The position numbers and the translations under genes were made by a program. The notes beneath the pieces are model-generated. The model ran no database searches. It worked only from the letters and a program-made list of their open reading frames with translations, and had not been told where the DNA came from. From the human T2T-CHM13v2.0 reference genome, Homo sapiens: a stretch of 64,000 bases of DNA. Below are positions 14,940-29,823 of the stretch, one piece after another. Location of the stretch: assembly GCF_009914755.1 (NCBI RefSeq), contig NC_060933.1. One strand, written 5' to 3'. Position 1 is the first letter of the stretch. Each line of letters opens with the position of its first letter.

Positions 14940-16477
14940 GCTGCACTGGGCTTTGTTTTATTGGTAGCAGTGAGCACAGAGGAGTAGAAGGTGCAACCTC
15001 CTTCTGCAATAAGGTGGTACCTACAGCCAGGGTGGAGGTGTGGGGGCTATTAGAGACCCCTAAAACAATGGTGAACTGGTCAGCTACCTCTGGTGGGCAG
15101 GCAGGCATCGATCTGTAGCATTTGCTGATTCTTGTGGTGTAAATGCTCCCACCCTGGCTGATTTCAAGTACCCCGTGTGATGTCACTGAGTTGGGAAGAC
15201 ATGCACGGCTCTCAGGGACATCACTGGAGGCTCCTGCACACCACTGCCCTAGTTCACTTCCTGTGAACTTTCAGAGTAGATCCCACACAGATCAGCCCCT
15301 GGCCCATGTTCTTTCTTTCCCCAGGAACTCCAACCTTGGCCTCAGTCACCTTCAATGCTGTCCTGCCCCACCCATTTGGGGAGCTCACTTGGGCCCCTGG
15401 AATGCCCTGTCTGCAAGGTCCTATTTCCCATGGGGCAGCCCCCTGCACTGTCTAATAATGAAAACAGCTAGTCCCTCTCCCCTGCCCATCCTCCATTGGT
15501 CCAGGGAAACAAGAAGACTTTGGTTTTCTTTCCAGATGCCCAGTCCCATTGATTCTCTAGCAAATGTAGTTTAAAAACACATTCCTAGGCAATGTCAACT
15601 GATGAGAGCCGGGAACACAGAAAGTATTTCTTTTGCTCATTTGGCCCATTTGGAAACCAAATAACATGGCCACCTCCTTCAGCTCTTCCGGATACAGACC
15701 TCTCCCCACCACTGTGTGAGATCTACTCTGATCCAGCTCCACAGTGGCTCTTGCAGAGTATGGCAGCAACCCAGGGGGCATCAGACAATGTGTGTAGGTA
15801 TTGTTTTGGTTTTCACAATATGGGGCTATAGGGGATGCTAGCATGTTAGATGCTTGGCAGCCACAGACAAGAAATATCCTGTAAGGACAGGAGTTCCTAC
15901 TCACCCAAATCCCCAAAGGCATCCAGTGAGAAACACCGAGAAATATCAAGAGAAAGGACATGGAAAGGAAGAAAATGGTCCTAAGATGCTCTGAAGGGTG
16001 AATGACCTCTTCTTCCCCTTCCCTCTCCCACATCACGTGCCCCATTGTCTCCTGCTCAAGGTGACCCGAGTCAGAACTGCAGGTCAGCCCCTTCCTGGCT
16101 TCCTCCGCAGGCACTGTCTGCTCCTGAACTCCCACCACAATCCTCAGCGATGCATTCTCCAAAGAAGCCGCTGTGACAGCTGTCATTTTCAAAAACCAAA
16201 TTCCAGTACCGGGTGTGCCCAGGTGCCAAGCAGTTATTTGTGTGGGGATTTATGTTCACCCACAAGGAAGACAGACTGTGATTAGCAATGCTTGGCAAAC
16301 AATTCATCCCATTATGGCTAATCCAGACGCTAAAGTCAAGAGCCCACTGAGGGATGACGAAGGTAAACAACCTCAAGGGGCTCCTTGAACATGGAGTCTA
16401 GAAGATTCTGCTGAAGGTAACGGGGATACCAAGTCCTCACAGCTCCACAGATGCTGGAAGCATTCATATGCACTTCA

Positions 16478-16782
16478 CGTGTCCATCAGTGGATGAATGA
16501 GTTTTTATATGTGGCATATATTCATAGTGGAATACTGTTCAGCCTTAAAAAAGAAGGAAATGCTATGATTTCCCACAAGACAGCTAAGCCTGGAGGGCAA
16601 CGCATTGAGTGAAATAGGCCAGACACAGAAAGAGAAATATTAATACTAAATGTCTCCCTTCTACGTGGAATCTAGTAGAGTTGAACTCATAGAAGTAGAG
16701 AGTAGAATGGTGCTTACCCTGAGATTGGGGTATGGTTAGGGAGACGTTGATCACAAGATACAAAATTTGTTAGACAGGAGGG
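16478..16782 (+). mobile_element. Old L1 (L1MA-type) 3' end fragment
   Basis: gtgtccatcagtggatgaatg...gaactcatagaagtagagagtagaatggt...ttagacaggagg. Confidence 0.8.
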
Positions 16783-17101
16783 AAAAAAAGGAAGAAGGAT
16801 GGCCAAAGACCCATCATTCTCCTCTACTAAAAAAACTCCAGAAATTCAGACTTAGTAACTCCCTCCCTGAATGTCTTTCCAATGCCCCAAGTGACCTCGA
16901 TGCTCCATAGACAACGCCTTCAACAGCAAAGTGCTTCCGGGGGTGGGAGCAAGCAGACCTTCCCTAGAATCCTGACTATAGATTCTGTTTAGAATGTGGG
17001 GTCTCATTTTGAGAAGCTCTTAGTATTTAACATTCACAAGAAGTTCACAGGTTCAAGAAAACATAGAACAATATTCAGGGTAAAGAGAAGCAGCAGAGAT
17101 T

Positions 17102-17440
<339 letters not shown>

Positions 17441-17573
17441 TCAGTGTGGCCAGAGCATCCTGGGAGAAAATGCACTGAACGACAGAGGGGGCAAATGCAA
17501 GTGGGTGGTGAGGAAAGGATCAAGGCAGACAGAAAGGACACCGCTCAGATAAACCTGCTAACTTGGGAGAAAA

Positions 17574-18000
17574 TAATAGAGACAGGAGACAGCCAAATGC
17601 CACCCAGGTCATTGTGCACAGGGGGCTTGCCTAAACATGCCCACGGTGAAAAATTCCTTCCCTTAACACATGCGCAGTAAGGGAAATAAAACAATGTGGA
17701 GTGGCTCAGACTAAGGGCTGGCCTCTGCACTAGGGGAAAGGGGGGGTGGAGATACCAGGAATTTACGCCTTATGCAGCGGGGAGAAGCCTGTACTCTTCA
17801 TCTCGTGTGTGGTGGCCTGGTATTCAGTCTGTGAGGTGGGAGCCTGTTGGCAGGATCCCCCTTTTTTTTTTTCACTGAGGCTTTCTTTTAATAAATTCTG
17901 CTCTCCTCACCTTTCAATGTGTCCATGTGCCTAATTTTTCCTGGTCATGAGACAAGTACCTGGGTTTTAGCTGAACTAAGGAGCACAAAATTCTGCATCT
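17574..18000 (+). mobile_element. ERV1-class solo LTR (MER66/MER83-like)
   Basis: Starts taatagagacaggagacagccaaatgcc, has AATAAA near 17890, ends gctgaactaaggagcacaaaattctgcatc; absent from duplication copy 1. Confidence 0.75.
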
Positions 18001-18294
18001 GAAGGACTGAATCGAAGAGGAAAAGAGGAGAAAGAAAGCTGAACGCTGAGGAATGCCACTAGGTCCGAAATTATTTGAAGTCAATGAAAATCAGTCACCT
18101 GTAGATGTGATTTTGGTTTGTTGATAGGAGGAACAGTATTTGCCATAGTGTTTAGAGTATTGATATTTTGAGGAAAATTTCTCATTTGTGGCTTGATTGG
18201 TTAGCTCCCTCTGAAAAACATTTTGTTCATGAATTCTATTTAAATTTGTGAGCTTTGTAACAACTTGAGGAGGTTGATCTAGCATGTAGGATTT

Positions 18295-19055
<761 letters not shown>

Positions 19056-19061
19056 AGGGTT

Positions 19062-19676
19062 TCCGGGTAGGAAGAATGGCCCCAAAGATACCCCAATCCC
19101 TAGAGTCTGTGAATACCAAGCATTACATGGCAACAAGGAGTTTTCAGATGTAATCAGGGTACGGATTTCAAATAGGAAGATCACACTAGGTCATCCTGGT
19201 TAGATTAGTCCAACCTAATAAAACTGGCTTTTATAAGCAGAGAACTTCCTTTGGCTAGGGACAAGGGAGATGAGGCAAGACGGGGAGGTGGTGTCAGAGA
19301 TTCAAAATTTTGACTAACTACTGCTGCTTTTGAAAATGAAGGGCTACCAAGCCAAAGAACACGGGCAGCATTCAGCAGCCAAGAAGGACCCTGGCCATCA
19401 GCTAGCAATGAAACGAGGACCTTGATCCCACCACAGAAAGGAACTGAATTCCGCCAACAACCTAAATGAGCCTGGAGACAAATTCTCCCCTGGAGCCTCT
19501 TGATAAGGAGCCAGACTGGCTGTCATCTCAATTTTGTACTCAGGAGACCCTAAGCAGAAAACCCAGCCAAGCCGACTGGACTTCTGACCTACAGAAGTGG
19601 GAGGCAATCAACAAGTGTTGTTTGCTGCCTCTAAGTGTGTGGTGATTTGTTCTGGCAGCAAAAGAAAATGAATGCC
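19062..19676 (+). mobile_element. MLT1 (MaLR) LTR, MLT1E-like
   Basis: aatggccccaaagat...ggaactgaattccgccaacaacctaaatgagcctgga...gacttctgacctacagaa...gtggtgatttgttctggcagcaaaagaaaatgaat. Confidence 0.8.
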
Positions 19677-20039
19677 GTTAAGAGGTGAGGTGCAGAAAGA
19701 AGAAACAGAGTGGGTCTTTGGATGCCCCCTGGAACCTAATACTATGTTTGACATTGGTGTTGCATCCAGATTTCAAAACAAGATCCCGGCTGTCCTTCTA
19801 CAGTATCGCCCCAGGAACAACAGAAAGTAGTCACAGGGAGAATCACCAATTCAGTTCTTCTAATGAGGAGCTTAGGAAGACAGAAGTTTGTGGTTTGCCT
19901 GCAGTGGCTTTTCTATTTAGTAGGGGGACAGAGATGAGGACTCCAAACTCGTGACTCTCAGCCTAGGAACCTTCCAGAGACCACTCCAGGAGGGACGCAT
20001 GAAATGTCAGCCCTCCTCACATTTTGCCTGTCTACTCAC

Positions 20040-20132
20040 CTTTCTGTAGACGGCAAAGATGGTTCCAATGGAGGCCAGGCAGTCAATATTGGAAGATTCA
20101 TCCAGTGGGTCAAAGCAGACCATGTATTTCCT
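20040..20132 (-). pseudogene. FBP2 exon 3 copy, located 3' of exons 4-6
   Basis: tgatttag|AGG...AAG|gtgagt; 93 nt translating to [31 protein letters not shown] versus FBP2 [31 protein letters not shown]. Confidence 0.93.
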
Positions 20133-20652
20133 CTAAATCAGAGAGGGAAGCACCACCCAGTCAGCACATCTTCCCATTAGCACAATTGCGCTGTCAGGGC
20201 TGTGTGCAGCAGAGAACACCACATGGAAAAAAGATAAGAGAACCATGGCATATCCTTATCGAAAAACACCATGACTTACAGAAGGCAGGGTGTGTCAGCT
20301 TACATAAAAATACTCCTTTGGGTTTTGTATTGGACAACTCGCCTGTCCAATGTGAAGACGAGAAGATAAAGTGGGTGGGGTCTTGAAAGACCCACATCCC
20401 TACACCTAGCCACTCTGCTGTCACAGGCAGCTCCAGCCATGGAGGGAAGTCCCTGGGTCCTTTGTACAGCCGCCTGTGTGCAAGGTCCTGAGAGAGCCCT
20501 TAGTGATGGGGGCTGGAGCCCCTGGCTCATTAGACACCAGTGACAAAACTTCAAGTGAGATGAGGGTCATTTCTCCCTCTACTCAAATTAGTTTTCCCTG
20601 ACTTTCCAACGAGTATTAGCCTAGTCTCATTTGAGCTTTGTTTCTGTTTTTG

Positions 20653-20683
<31 letters not shown>

Positions 20684-21062
20684 CCATGCTCAGTCAGAGG
20701 CAGACAAAAAAAGTTTGATAATCTATAAACTTAGAAATTCCCCAACATCTCTATAGTAATCTAATGTATCCCATAGTGATCCGATTTAGCCCACTCATGC
20801 ATGTTTTTATTCAGCAGATACTTGTTGAGCTTCCAGCATATGCTAGGAACTGTTCAGGGCACTGGGATTACAGGGGGGCGGCAATACTGGCAGCAAGGCT
20901 GATTTCTTGGAACTGAGATTCTAGTGTGAGAACAGGCAGCACACAGGCCAGCACACACACAAATAGGTTGTGGTGTGTGCCCTAAAGAAAACCTACGCAG
21001 GCTGGAGGGGCTGGTGACCCATGAAGGGGGTCACATTTGATGACAGTCTTGACTAGCATTAA

Positions 21063-21413
<351 letters not shown>

Positions 21414-22479
21414 TAGCAGGTGTGGAGTATTCAAGAGCTGGCATGAAAACCTGTGTAATTCAGACCAATGGTAGAAGACAATGGTAGATTAGACAGGAGA
21501 GAGAAACAAGGGTCATGTCAACTGAAGTTGAAAGTTTAAAATAATAGGGGTGATGTGGCTTAAATTGTGTGAGACAAGTGTAAAAGTGCCTTGCACAGTA
21601 CCCGGCATATAGCAGAGGTTAAATAAATTTGGCTTTACTTTACCTTTTCCATTCTTCCAGCTGATCACAAAGAAATAGCCTCTTGTCCCCAATTTCCAAT
21701 GTGTAAAAGAAGGGCAAATAGCCCAATAGATGCTATTCTATTTGAGAGAGAGGCAGGTCAGTGCTTTGTTTCATAGTTCATTGAAATATCAGGGCCAGTG
21801 TGCTCGTGACTCCTAAGGAGTTCAGCCAACTTTTTGGGTCAAATAGAATAGCATCTATTCTGTGTTACTATATTGCTGCTGAACATTGGTTGAACCTTTT
21901 GACCGCCAGCAAATAAAAAGCTATTCATGGACCCATAGTGAATACGGTCCCTCCCTAGCCATGCCCTGCACTAACCAACTTTACCATCGTGTTGAACAAG
22001 AGCACAGGATCCTCGTGATTTCCTTTCTAGAGTAGTCTAACAGCTCATCAGGCATGAAGAAATCTCTGCTGGAACCATAACCCCCTTGCAAAATGTGGGG
22101 TGAGGGTGGCGGTGGAAACAAGAAGAGGGGTGAGAGTACGAGGCTGTGTTTTACATCTCTTCCCAGGAACTCTGGTTTTTACTGGACTCCACATGTTCAA
22201 GCCACTGACAGATAAAGTCAACAGCCGTGAACAACCGCCCACTGAAGTGGTTCCGTACATCACTCTGAACTATTTCCTGAATGAATCACTGTCCTACTGT
22301 AGAGTCTTCTTTCACTAGACAGCTCAAGATTTCCAACTAGAAAAGTGGCAATCCATTGTTTCTAGAAAACAAATACTAAGAAATAGAGGAAAAATCCAGA
22401 AATTAAAGAAAAACAGATTGTTTCTGGCTTAGTAGCATCATCTAATGGCGAGCAGGGGCACTGCAGCCCCTGGACGCAC

Positions 22480-22525
22480 CTTCCTGGCGATGATGGTCAC
22501 GTCCTTTTTCTTTTGTATGAGATGG
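22480..22525 (-). pseudogene. Possible 3' remnant of FBP2 exon 2
   Basis: Minus strand ...aag gac gtg acc atc atc gcc agg aag|gtgcgt (KDVTIIARK, compared with FBP2 KDAIITAKEKR), ~2.3 kb upstream of the exon 3 copy; short and degenerate. Confidence 0.4.
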
Positions 22526-24144
22526 GGATCATGGGCTGAGCAGATGCCCCAAAGGTGTCTGCCATGCTGTATGCAGGAATGCTGAGGTTTCATGCAAAAA
22601 CGTATGTTGGGATCACTTGACGGGGTGCATGGAAAGTATCCTAGCAGAGTTTTGCTAGTAGAGAATGTGCCCTCCGCTAGTACTCTAGAGTCACAGCCCA
22701 GATCCTAGCCTTCGGGTGGAGGTGCCGCCCTATGAACGGCCATCAGACTGTCCTATTGTTCAGAGACTCCTTTCGTCCTTACTACTTCATCTCAGGCCTG
22801 TGAGGATCTCTACCAAGCAGAGCAAGCCCATAAATAAATAGCTTTGTGCTCACCAATGCATCAGTGGCGCTGAAATAACTGTGCAGTGGACACCACTCTC
22901 CCTCCCTCTGGGCCTTTCAGCTGCTCTGTGTGTCCACGCTGTTGTGTGCCCTGAAAGAACTTTGAGATTTGCTGAAAGGTCTCCAGCTGCAATTTCAGAC
23001 CATGTGGATAACTCAAATGTCTAACATTTAAATATGGCTGAAAGGGGTCGACTGCTGGGCTGGATGGTGGCAGAAGTAGCAGGCTTTCCCTTGGATCTCT
23101 TTACAGGGCAGAGATGACTCCTTACAAATGGCACCAGTAATCCCTCTGCCTCCTGATACCCATCTAACAGAAAAGTGCACCCTGCTCATAAGAAAACCCC
23201 AGGCCACATTTGTCTTATGTGACCCTGGTCTCTGGCTACAGCTGACTTGACACAAACTAAGACAATCAGATTTTTTTCTTCTGGAACTTGCTGTGAGACA
23301 CAGAGACACAGTGGACTGGATGACAATGCTGGGATGTGAAGGATGTGTCCTCGAGGCTAGGAAGGCAGTAGGTGCTGGATTTCATGAGAGTCCCCTGAAA
23401 TATTCCAACAAATTCCCTTTCTGCTTCAGCCAAAATGAATGGGTTTCTGTTACATACAGCAAAGTTGGCCTTGAGTACAACAACAGATATTACAATTAAC
23501 ATTTTGCAAATGAAGAAAGGGAGACTCAGAGAGGTTAAAAATGTTGCCAAGCTCAATCTACCCCAGTCAGGATAGCATAGATTATGCTGCAGCAATAAAT
23601 AAGCCAGAAACCCCAGTGGCTTAGTACAGCAAAGATTTGTTTCTCCTTCCCATGCCAGGCTGATAGCAACAGGGTAAGTGGCTCAGGCCTCCAGGCTCCT
23701 GCTGAGTCGTGACCCTGTCTCTAAATGCATGGCTTCAGAGGTGGCTCAGAAGGGAAGAGAGAGGATGAAGGATTGAGCATTGGGTGTAATTCTACCCCCA
23801 CTCCATTTGACAAAACCCCTGGCCCTCAACAAAAAGCAAGAGAGGCTGGGAAATGTAGTCTTCCTATGGGCCCAGGAAGAGAAATGGGTGTGGGGAGACT
23901 GATCTCCACCAGCCTCTCACACAACTGGGATGGGCAGAGGCAGAACCTGGCCTAAGGCCACCCTGACCCCAGCATAAGGCATCTCGCCAGCACTGGTGCC
24001 AGCGGCCTTCTCTGCAGCTCACCAGGACTCCACTCTCCATCACCAGCATCTCCATCCACCTCACTCCAGCTGTGGCTGCCACAAGGAGTCCTTGCACCTC
24101 ATGGCAGCACCTCAGTGCTTCAGGGACCAAAGGATGCATCTCTT

Positions 24145-24965
24145 TTTATTTTTCTTTTATTTTTAGTTTTTTAATTTTTGTGGGTACATAATAGGTGTAT
24201 ATATTTATGGGGTACATGAGATGTTTTGATACAGGCATGCAATGCATAATAATCAGATCATGAAGAATGTGGTGTCCATTCCCTCAAGCATTTATCCTTT
24301 CTGTTACAAAAATCCAATTATCCTTCTTAAGTTATTTTTCAATGTACAATTACTTTATTTTTGACTATAGTCACTCTACTGTGCTATCAAATAGTAGGTC
24401 TTATTAATTCTTTGTAACTATTTTTTTATACCCATTAACTATCCCCACCCACCCCTGCCAATCCCCTCCCACTACCTTTCCTAGCCTCTGGCAACCATTC
24501 TTCTGCTCTCTATGCCCATCAGCTCAATTGTTTTGATTTTTAGATCCCATGAATAAGTGAGAAAATGCCACGTTTGTCTTTCTGTGCCTGGCTTGTTGCA
24601 CTTAACATAATGACCTCCAGTTCCATCCATATTGTTGCAAATGACAGAATCTCATTCCTTTTTATGGCTGAATAGTACTCCATTGTGTATATGCACCACA
24701 TTTTCTTTACCCTTTCATCTATTGATGGACACTTAGGTTTCCTCCAAATCTTAGTTATTGTGAACAGTGCTGCAGTAAACTGGGGAGTGCAGATTTCTCT
24801 TCAATATACTGATTTCCTTTCTTTTGTGTATATACCCAGCAGTGGGATCACTGATTTGTACGGTAGCTCTATTTGTAGTTTTATGGGGAACCTCCTAACT
24901 GTTCTCCATAGTGGCTTTATTAATTTATATTTCCACTAATGATGTATGAGAGTTTACTTTTCTCT
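24145..24965 (-). mobile_element. L1MA-type 3' end
   Basis: T-rich tail, then tttttgtgggtacataataggtgtatatatttatggggtacatgagatgttttgatacaggcatgc and further reverse L1 3' sequence. Confidence 0.9.
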
Positions 24966-24966
24966 A

Positions 24967-25861
24967 GATTTATACTCATGTGTGCAGAAAATGCTGAAGA
25001 TTCTACCAAAAAAACCTGTTAAGATAAATGAATTCAGTAAAGTTGCAGGATACAGAGACAAAATACAGAAATCGGCAGCACTTGTATACACTAATAATGG
25101 ACTATCTGAAAAGAAAATGTAGAAAAAGATTCCATAGAAAATAGCTACAAAAAAACGAGATGCCTAAAAATAAATTTAACCAGGAGCTGAAAGATCTCTG
25201 GTTTGAAAAGTATAAAACATTGGTGAAAGAAATTAAGCGGATGCAAATAAATGGAAAGATATCCTGTGTTCTTGCATTAGAAAAACTAATATTTTTAAGA
25301 CGCCAGTCCTAACCAAAGCTATCTATAGATTCAATGAAATCTCTATCAAAATACCAGTGACACTCTTCACAGAGATAGGAAAAACAATCCTAAAACTCAT
25401 ATGGAACCAAAAAAGACCCCAAATAGACAAAGCAGTCTGGAGAAGAAGAAAAAGAAAGTAAGCTCCAAACATCATACTGCCTGACTTCAAAATACACAAT
25501 ACACTACAAAGTTATAATAACCTAAACAGGATGGCATTAGCATAAAGAAAGACAAATAGACCAAAGGGACAGAACAGAAAGCCCAGAAATAACTCCATGC
25601 ATCTACAGCCAACTGATTTTTGGCAAAGTGCCAAGAGCACACATTGCGAACAGGACAGACTCTTCAACAAATGGTGCTTGGAAAACGGGATGTGCACACA
25701 CAGAATGAAACTGGATTTCTATCCTTCACCAGATAGAAAAATAAACTCAAATGGATTAAAGACACAAATATAAGACCCCAAAATATGAAACTACTAGAGG
25801 AAAACAGCAGAAATGCTTTAAGACATTGGCCTGAGCAAGATTATTTTGAACATGACTCCAA
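24967..25861 (+). mobile_element. L1 ORF2 fragment, host of the ELF2 retrocopy
   Basis: aatgaattcagtaaagttgcaggatac, aatcctaaaactcatatggaaccaaaaaagaccccaaatag, actcaaatggattaaagac. Confidence 0.9.
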
Positions 25862-27469
25862 AAGAGAATTGAAGCTACTGAAGCCCTGCTTCCTATGAAA
25901 TCTCCCACCTACTTGAGGGATTCAAGAAGTCCTGAATTTATCCATGTTGCTATGAGGCCAGATATCATTACAGAAACTGTAGTGGAGGTGTCAACTGAGG
26001 GGTCTGAACCAACGGATACCTCTCCTATTCCTACATCACCAGATAGCCATGAACCAATGAAAAGGAAAAAAATTGGCTGTAAACCAAAGACCCAACAATC
26101 ACCAATTTCCAGTGGGTCTCCTGAGTCAGGTATAAAAAAAAAGATGAGAGAAGGAAAAGGAAACATAATATATTTGTGGGAGTTTCTTTTAGATCTACTT
26201 AAAGATAAAAATATTTGTCCCCTCTATATTAAATGGATTCAGAGAGAAAAAGGCATATTCAGGCTGGTGGATTCAAAGGCTGTCTCCAAGTTTTGGGGAA
26301 AGCATAAGAACAAACCAAACATGAACTATGAAACTATGGAATGAGCTTTGAGATTCTATTACCAAAGGGGAATTATTGCAAAGCTACCAAAAGGGAAGTC
26401 TTGCAAAGGTTGAAGGACAGAGGCTTGTATATCAGTTTAAGGATATGCCCAAAACCATAGTGGTCACAGATGATGACAGAAGTGAAATCTGTAATGAAAA
26501 TTTAGCAGGAGCTACTGATAAAAAATCATTGGAACGAGTGTCACTGTCGGCAGAAAGTCTCCTGAAAGCAGCATCCTCTGTTTGTGATAGAAAAAATTCA
26601 TCCCCCATAAACTTCTCCAGAGCAGAGAAGAGTGTAGCTAGAGTCGTGAATATCACTTCCCCTGGTCACGATGCTTCATGCAGGTTTCCAACTACCACTG
26701 CATCTGTATCAGCAACAGCAGCTCCAAGGACAGTTTGTGTGGCAATGCAAGTACCTGTTGTAATGACATCATTGGGTCAGAACATTTCAACTGTGGCAGT
26801 TCAGTCAGTTAATGCAGGTGCACCATTAATAACCAGCACTAATCCAACAACAGCGACCTCTCCAAAGGTAGTCATTCAGATAATCCCTACTATGATGACA
26901 GCTTCTACTGAAAACCAAGAAAAAATCACCATGCAGCCTGTCAAAATTATTACCATCCCAGCTACACAGTTTGACTTTGTCAACTACAGACAAAGTCAAA
27001 TTTAACTGGATCAGGAAGCATTGACATTGTTGGAACACCATTGGCTGTGAGAGCACTTACCCTTGTTTGTTTCAATAGCCCATGGTACACCTGTAATGAG
27101 ACTCTCAGTGCCTACTCAGCAGGCATCTGGCCAGACTCATCCTCTAGTTATCAGTTTGGTCATAAAGGGGCCAGAGGTTAACTCAGAAGCAGTGGCAAGA
27201 ACACAAGAACATGATGTGAAAACTTTGCAGCTGAAAGAAGAAAAGCCGGCAGATGGAAATGAGACAGTTACCCACGTAGTGGTTGTCAGTGTACCTTCAG
27301 CTATTGCCCCTTCTTGTAACTATGAAAATGATGGACTAGTGACATGTGAGAAATAAAATAGCAGCTCCACCATGTGCTTCAGGCTGTTAGTGGTAGTAGT
27401 GACATAAACATTTGCAAGGGAAGTCATCAAGAAAAGCCAAAGAGGACTTTAAGACATTTTTAATGCTTA

Positions 27470-27788
<319 letters not shown>

Positions 27789-28203
27789 AAGAAAACAATC
27801 AAACTTACTGGAAATAAATTACCTGTCTCATGTTTCAGTGGGAAATGAACTACGTATTAAGATGCTGACAGAAAACTGCCTCTTACAGAAACAACTGAAC
27901 CTGTCAATCAAAAGAATTGAAAGCAGCTCACTATGAGATCAAGTTACACTAAGACTTGGAACACTAACATTCTGTAAGAGGTTATGTAGTTTTCAGTGGG
28001 GAGGGGTTGGCATGAGTGATCTCATTGTTACATATAGCAATTTTTGATGCATTTTATATGCATCCCAGCAATTATTACTGTGTTTGCACAATAATCACCT
28101 AACTGGTGCTAAGTGAAGACCCTGCTAATAGAGGTATTTTAGAATGTGAATTGAAGAATGGATCCAAAAACTTCAGAAAGAGGATAGCAAAAGAAAATCT
28201 AGT

Positions 28204-28625
28204 GATATATATATACACATATATATACATATTATATATACATATATACGTATATACATATATATCATATATAGTGGTATATATATCACTATATATCACT
28301 ATATATACACACAAATATATACATATATACGTATATACATATATATCACTATATAGTGATATATATAGTGATATAGATATCTATATCACTATATAGTGAT
28401 ATATATAGTGATATAGATATCTATATCACTATATAGTGATATATATAGTGATATAGATATCTATATCACTATATAGTGATATATATAGTGATATAGATAT
28501 CTATATCACTATATAGTGATATATATAGTGATATAGATATCTATATCACTATATATATCACTATATATGTATCACTATATGTACACACGCACATATATAT
28601 ACATATATATATATATATATATCTT
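28204..28625. repeat. AT-rich repeat containing five perfect 40-bp palindromic units (28351-28550)
   Basis: Unit atatagtgatatatatagtgatatagatatctatatcact, five exact copies. Confidence 0.95.
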
Positions 28626-28972
28626 ATAGCTTAAGCTAATTTAAAACAAAGCCCTCAGACTTTTTGTTTTCTTTCTTAAAATAAGCTAATGGCTTGTTCG
28701 TGTAAAGCTTTTTTATTAAAAGAAAAAATGTAAAAATCTTGTACCTAGCACAGTATTGTTATAGAATTTACGTGTAACATTTTATATGGTAGTTTAAGTC
28801 TGTCAGTTTCTTAACTGTGGACAAATTAACAAATGGCTTTGGCCTTTTGCTGTAACATGCCTGTGTCACTCATTCAGCCCTGGCATTTGTGCAGATATAT
28901 CAGTTTCAGTACTACTGTCTCTAGGAAGTTTAGGCTCAGCATGAATTTTTGTCAGGCTCTAATACCTGGAGC

Positions 28973-28975
28973 TTT

Positions 28976-29047
<72 letters not shown>

Positions 29048-29155
29048 TCCTTCCTTCCTTTCTCTCTTTTTTCTTTCTTTCTTTCTTTTCCTTCTTTCTT
29101 TCTCTCTCTCTCTCCTTCCTTCCTTCCTCCCTCCCTTCCTTCCTTCCTTCCTTCT
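28973..29155. repeat. (TTTC)n/(TTCC)n microsatellite
   Basis: Seen directly. Confidence 0.97.
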
Positions 29156-29823
29156 TACAAACAGAAATACTAGATATAGCAATCCCACTATTGGGTGTAT
29201 ATTCAGATAAAATTAAATCAGTATGCTGAAGAAATATTTGCGCTCCCATGTTTATTGTAGTACTATTCACAATAGCCAAGAAATGAAATCAATCTAAGTG
29301 TCTATCAATGCATACATAGATTGTTACAAATATGGTATATACACAGAATGGAATCCTATTCAGCCACTAAAAACAATGAAACCCTTTAATTTCCAACAAC
29401 ATAAGTGACCCTGGAAGACATTATATTAAATGAAATAAGCCGGACACAGAAAGACAAATATCACACGATCTTACTTATATGTGGAATCTAAAAGGTTGAT
29501 CTCATAGAAGTAGAAAATAAAACAGTGGTTGCCAGAGACTGGGGAGGGAGTGGTTAACAGGTACAAAAGTATAATTAGATAGCAGGAATAAGCTCTGGTG
29601 GCCTATTGTACAGCAGAGTGGCTATAGTTTTCAATAATGTATATTCCAAAGTAACTGAAAGAGAGACGTTTACATGTTATCACTACAAAGAAATGATAAA
29701 TGTTCCAGGTGATGGTATGCTAATTACCCTGAACTGATGATCACACTATGTATACATGTTTTGATATATCACTTCGTATCGCGTAAATATCTATAAATAT
29801 TATGTATCAATTAAAATTTTTAA
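29156..29823 (+). mobile_element. L1MA-type 3' end
   Basis: agcaatcccactattgggtgtata, actattcacaatagccaag, aaagaaatgataaatgttccaggtgatgg, tattatgtatcaattaaaa. Confidence 0.9.

Noticed and set aside
15557-16192. 211-aa minus-strand ORF, the longest in the ORF track
   Set aside because: No recognisable homology or domain; partly overlaps MER20-like sequence; consistent with chance.
24145-25861. Head-to-head L1 pieces as a twin-priming inversion
   Set aside because: The plus-strand piece can equally belong to the L1 3' end at 29156-29823, and no TSD was found. Unresolved without subfamily calls.
28351-28550. Regular palindromic repeats resembling a CRISPR array
   Set aside because: No unique spacers and no cas genes; primate DNA; it is a tandem VNTR.
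28099-29279. Low-complexity ORFs (YI-rich, FLS-rich, KER-rich), likewise at 36.4, 41.1 and 60.3 kb
   Set aside because: They are translations of microsatellites.
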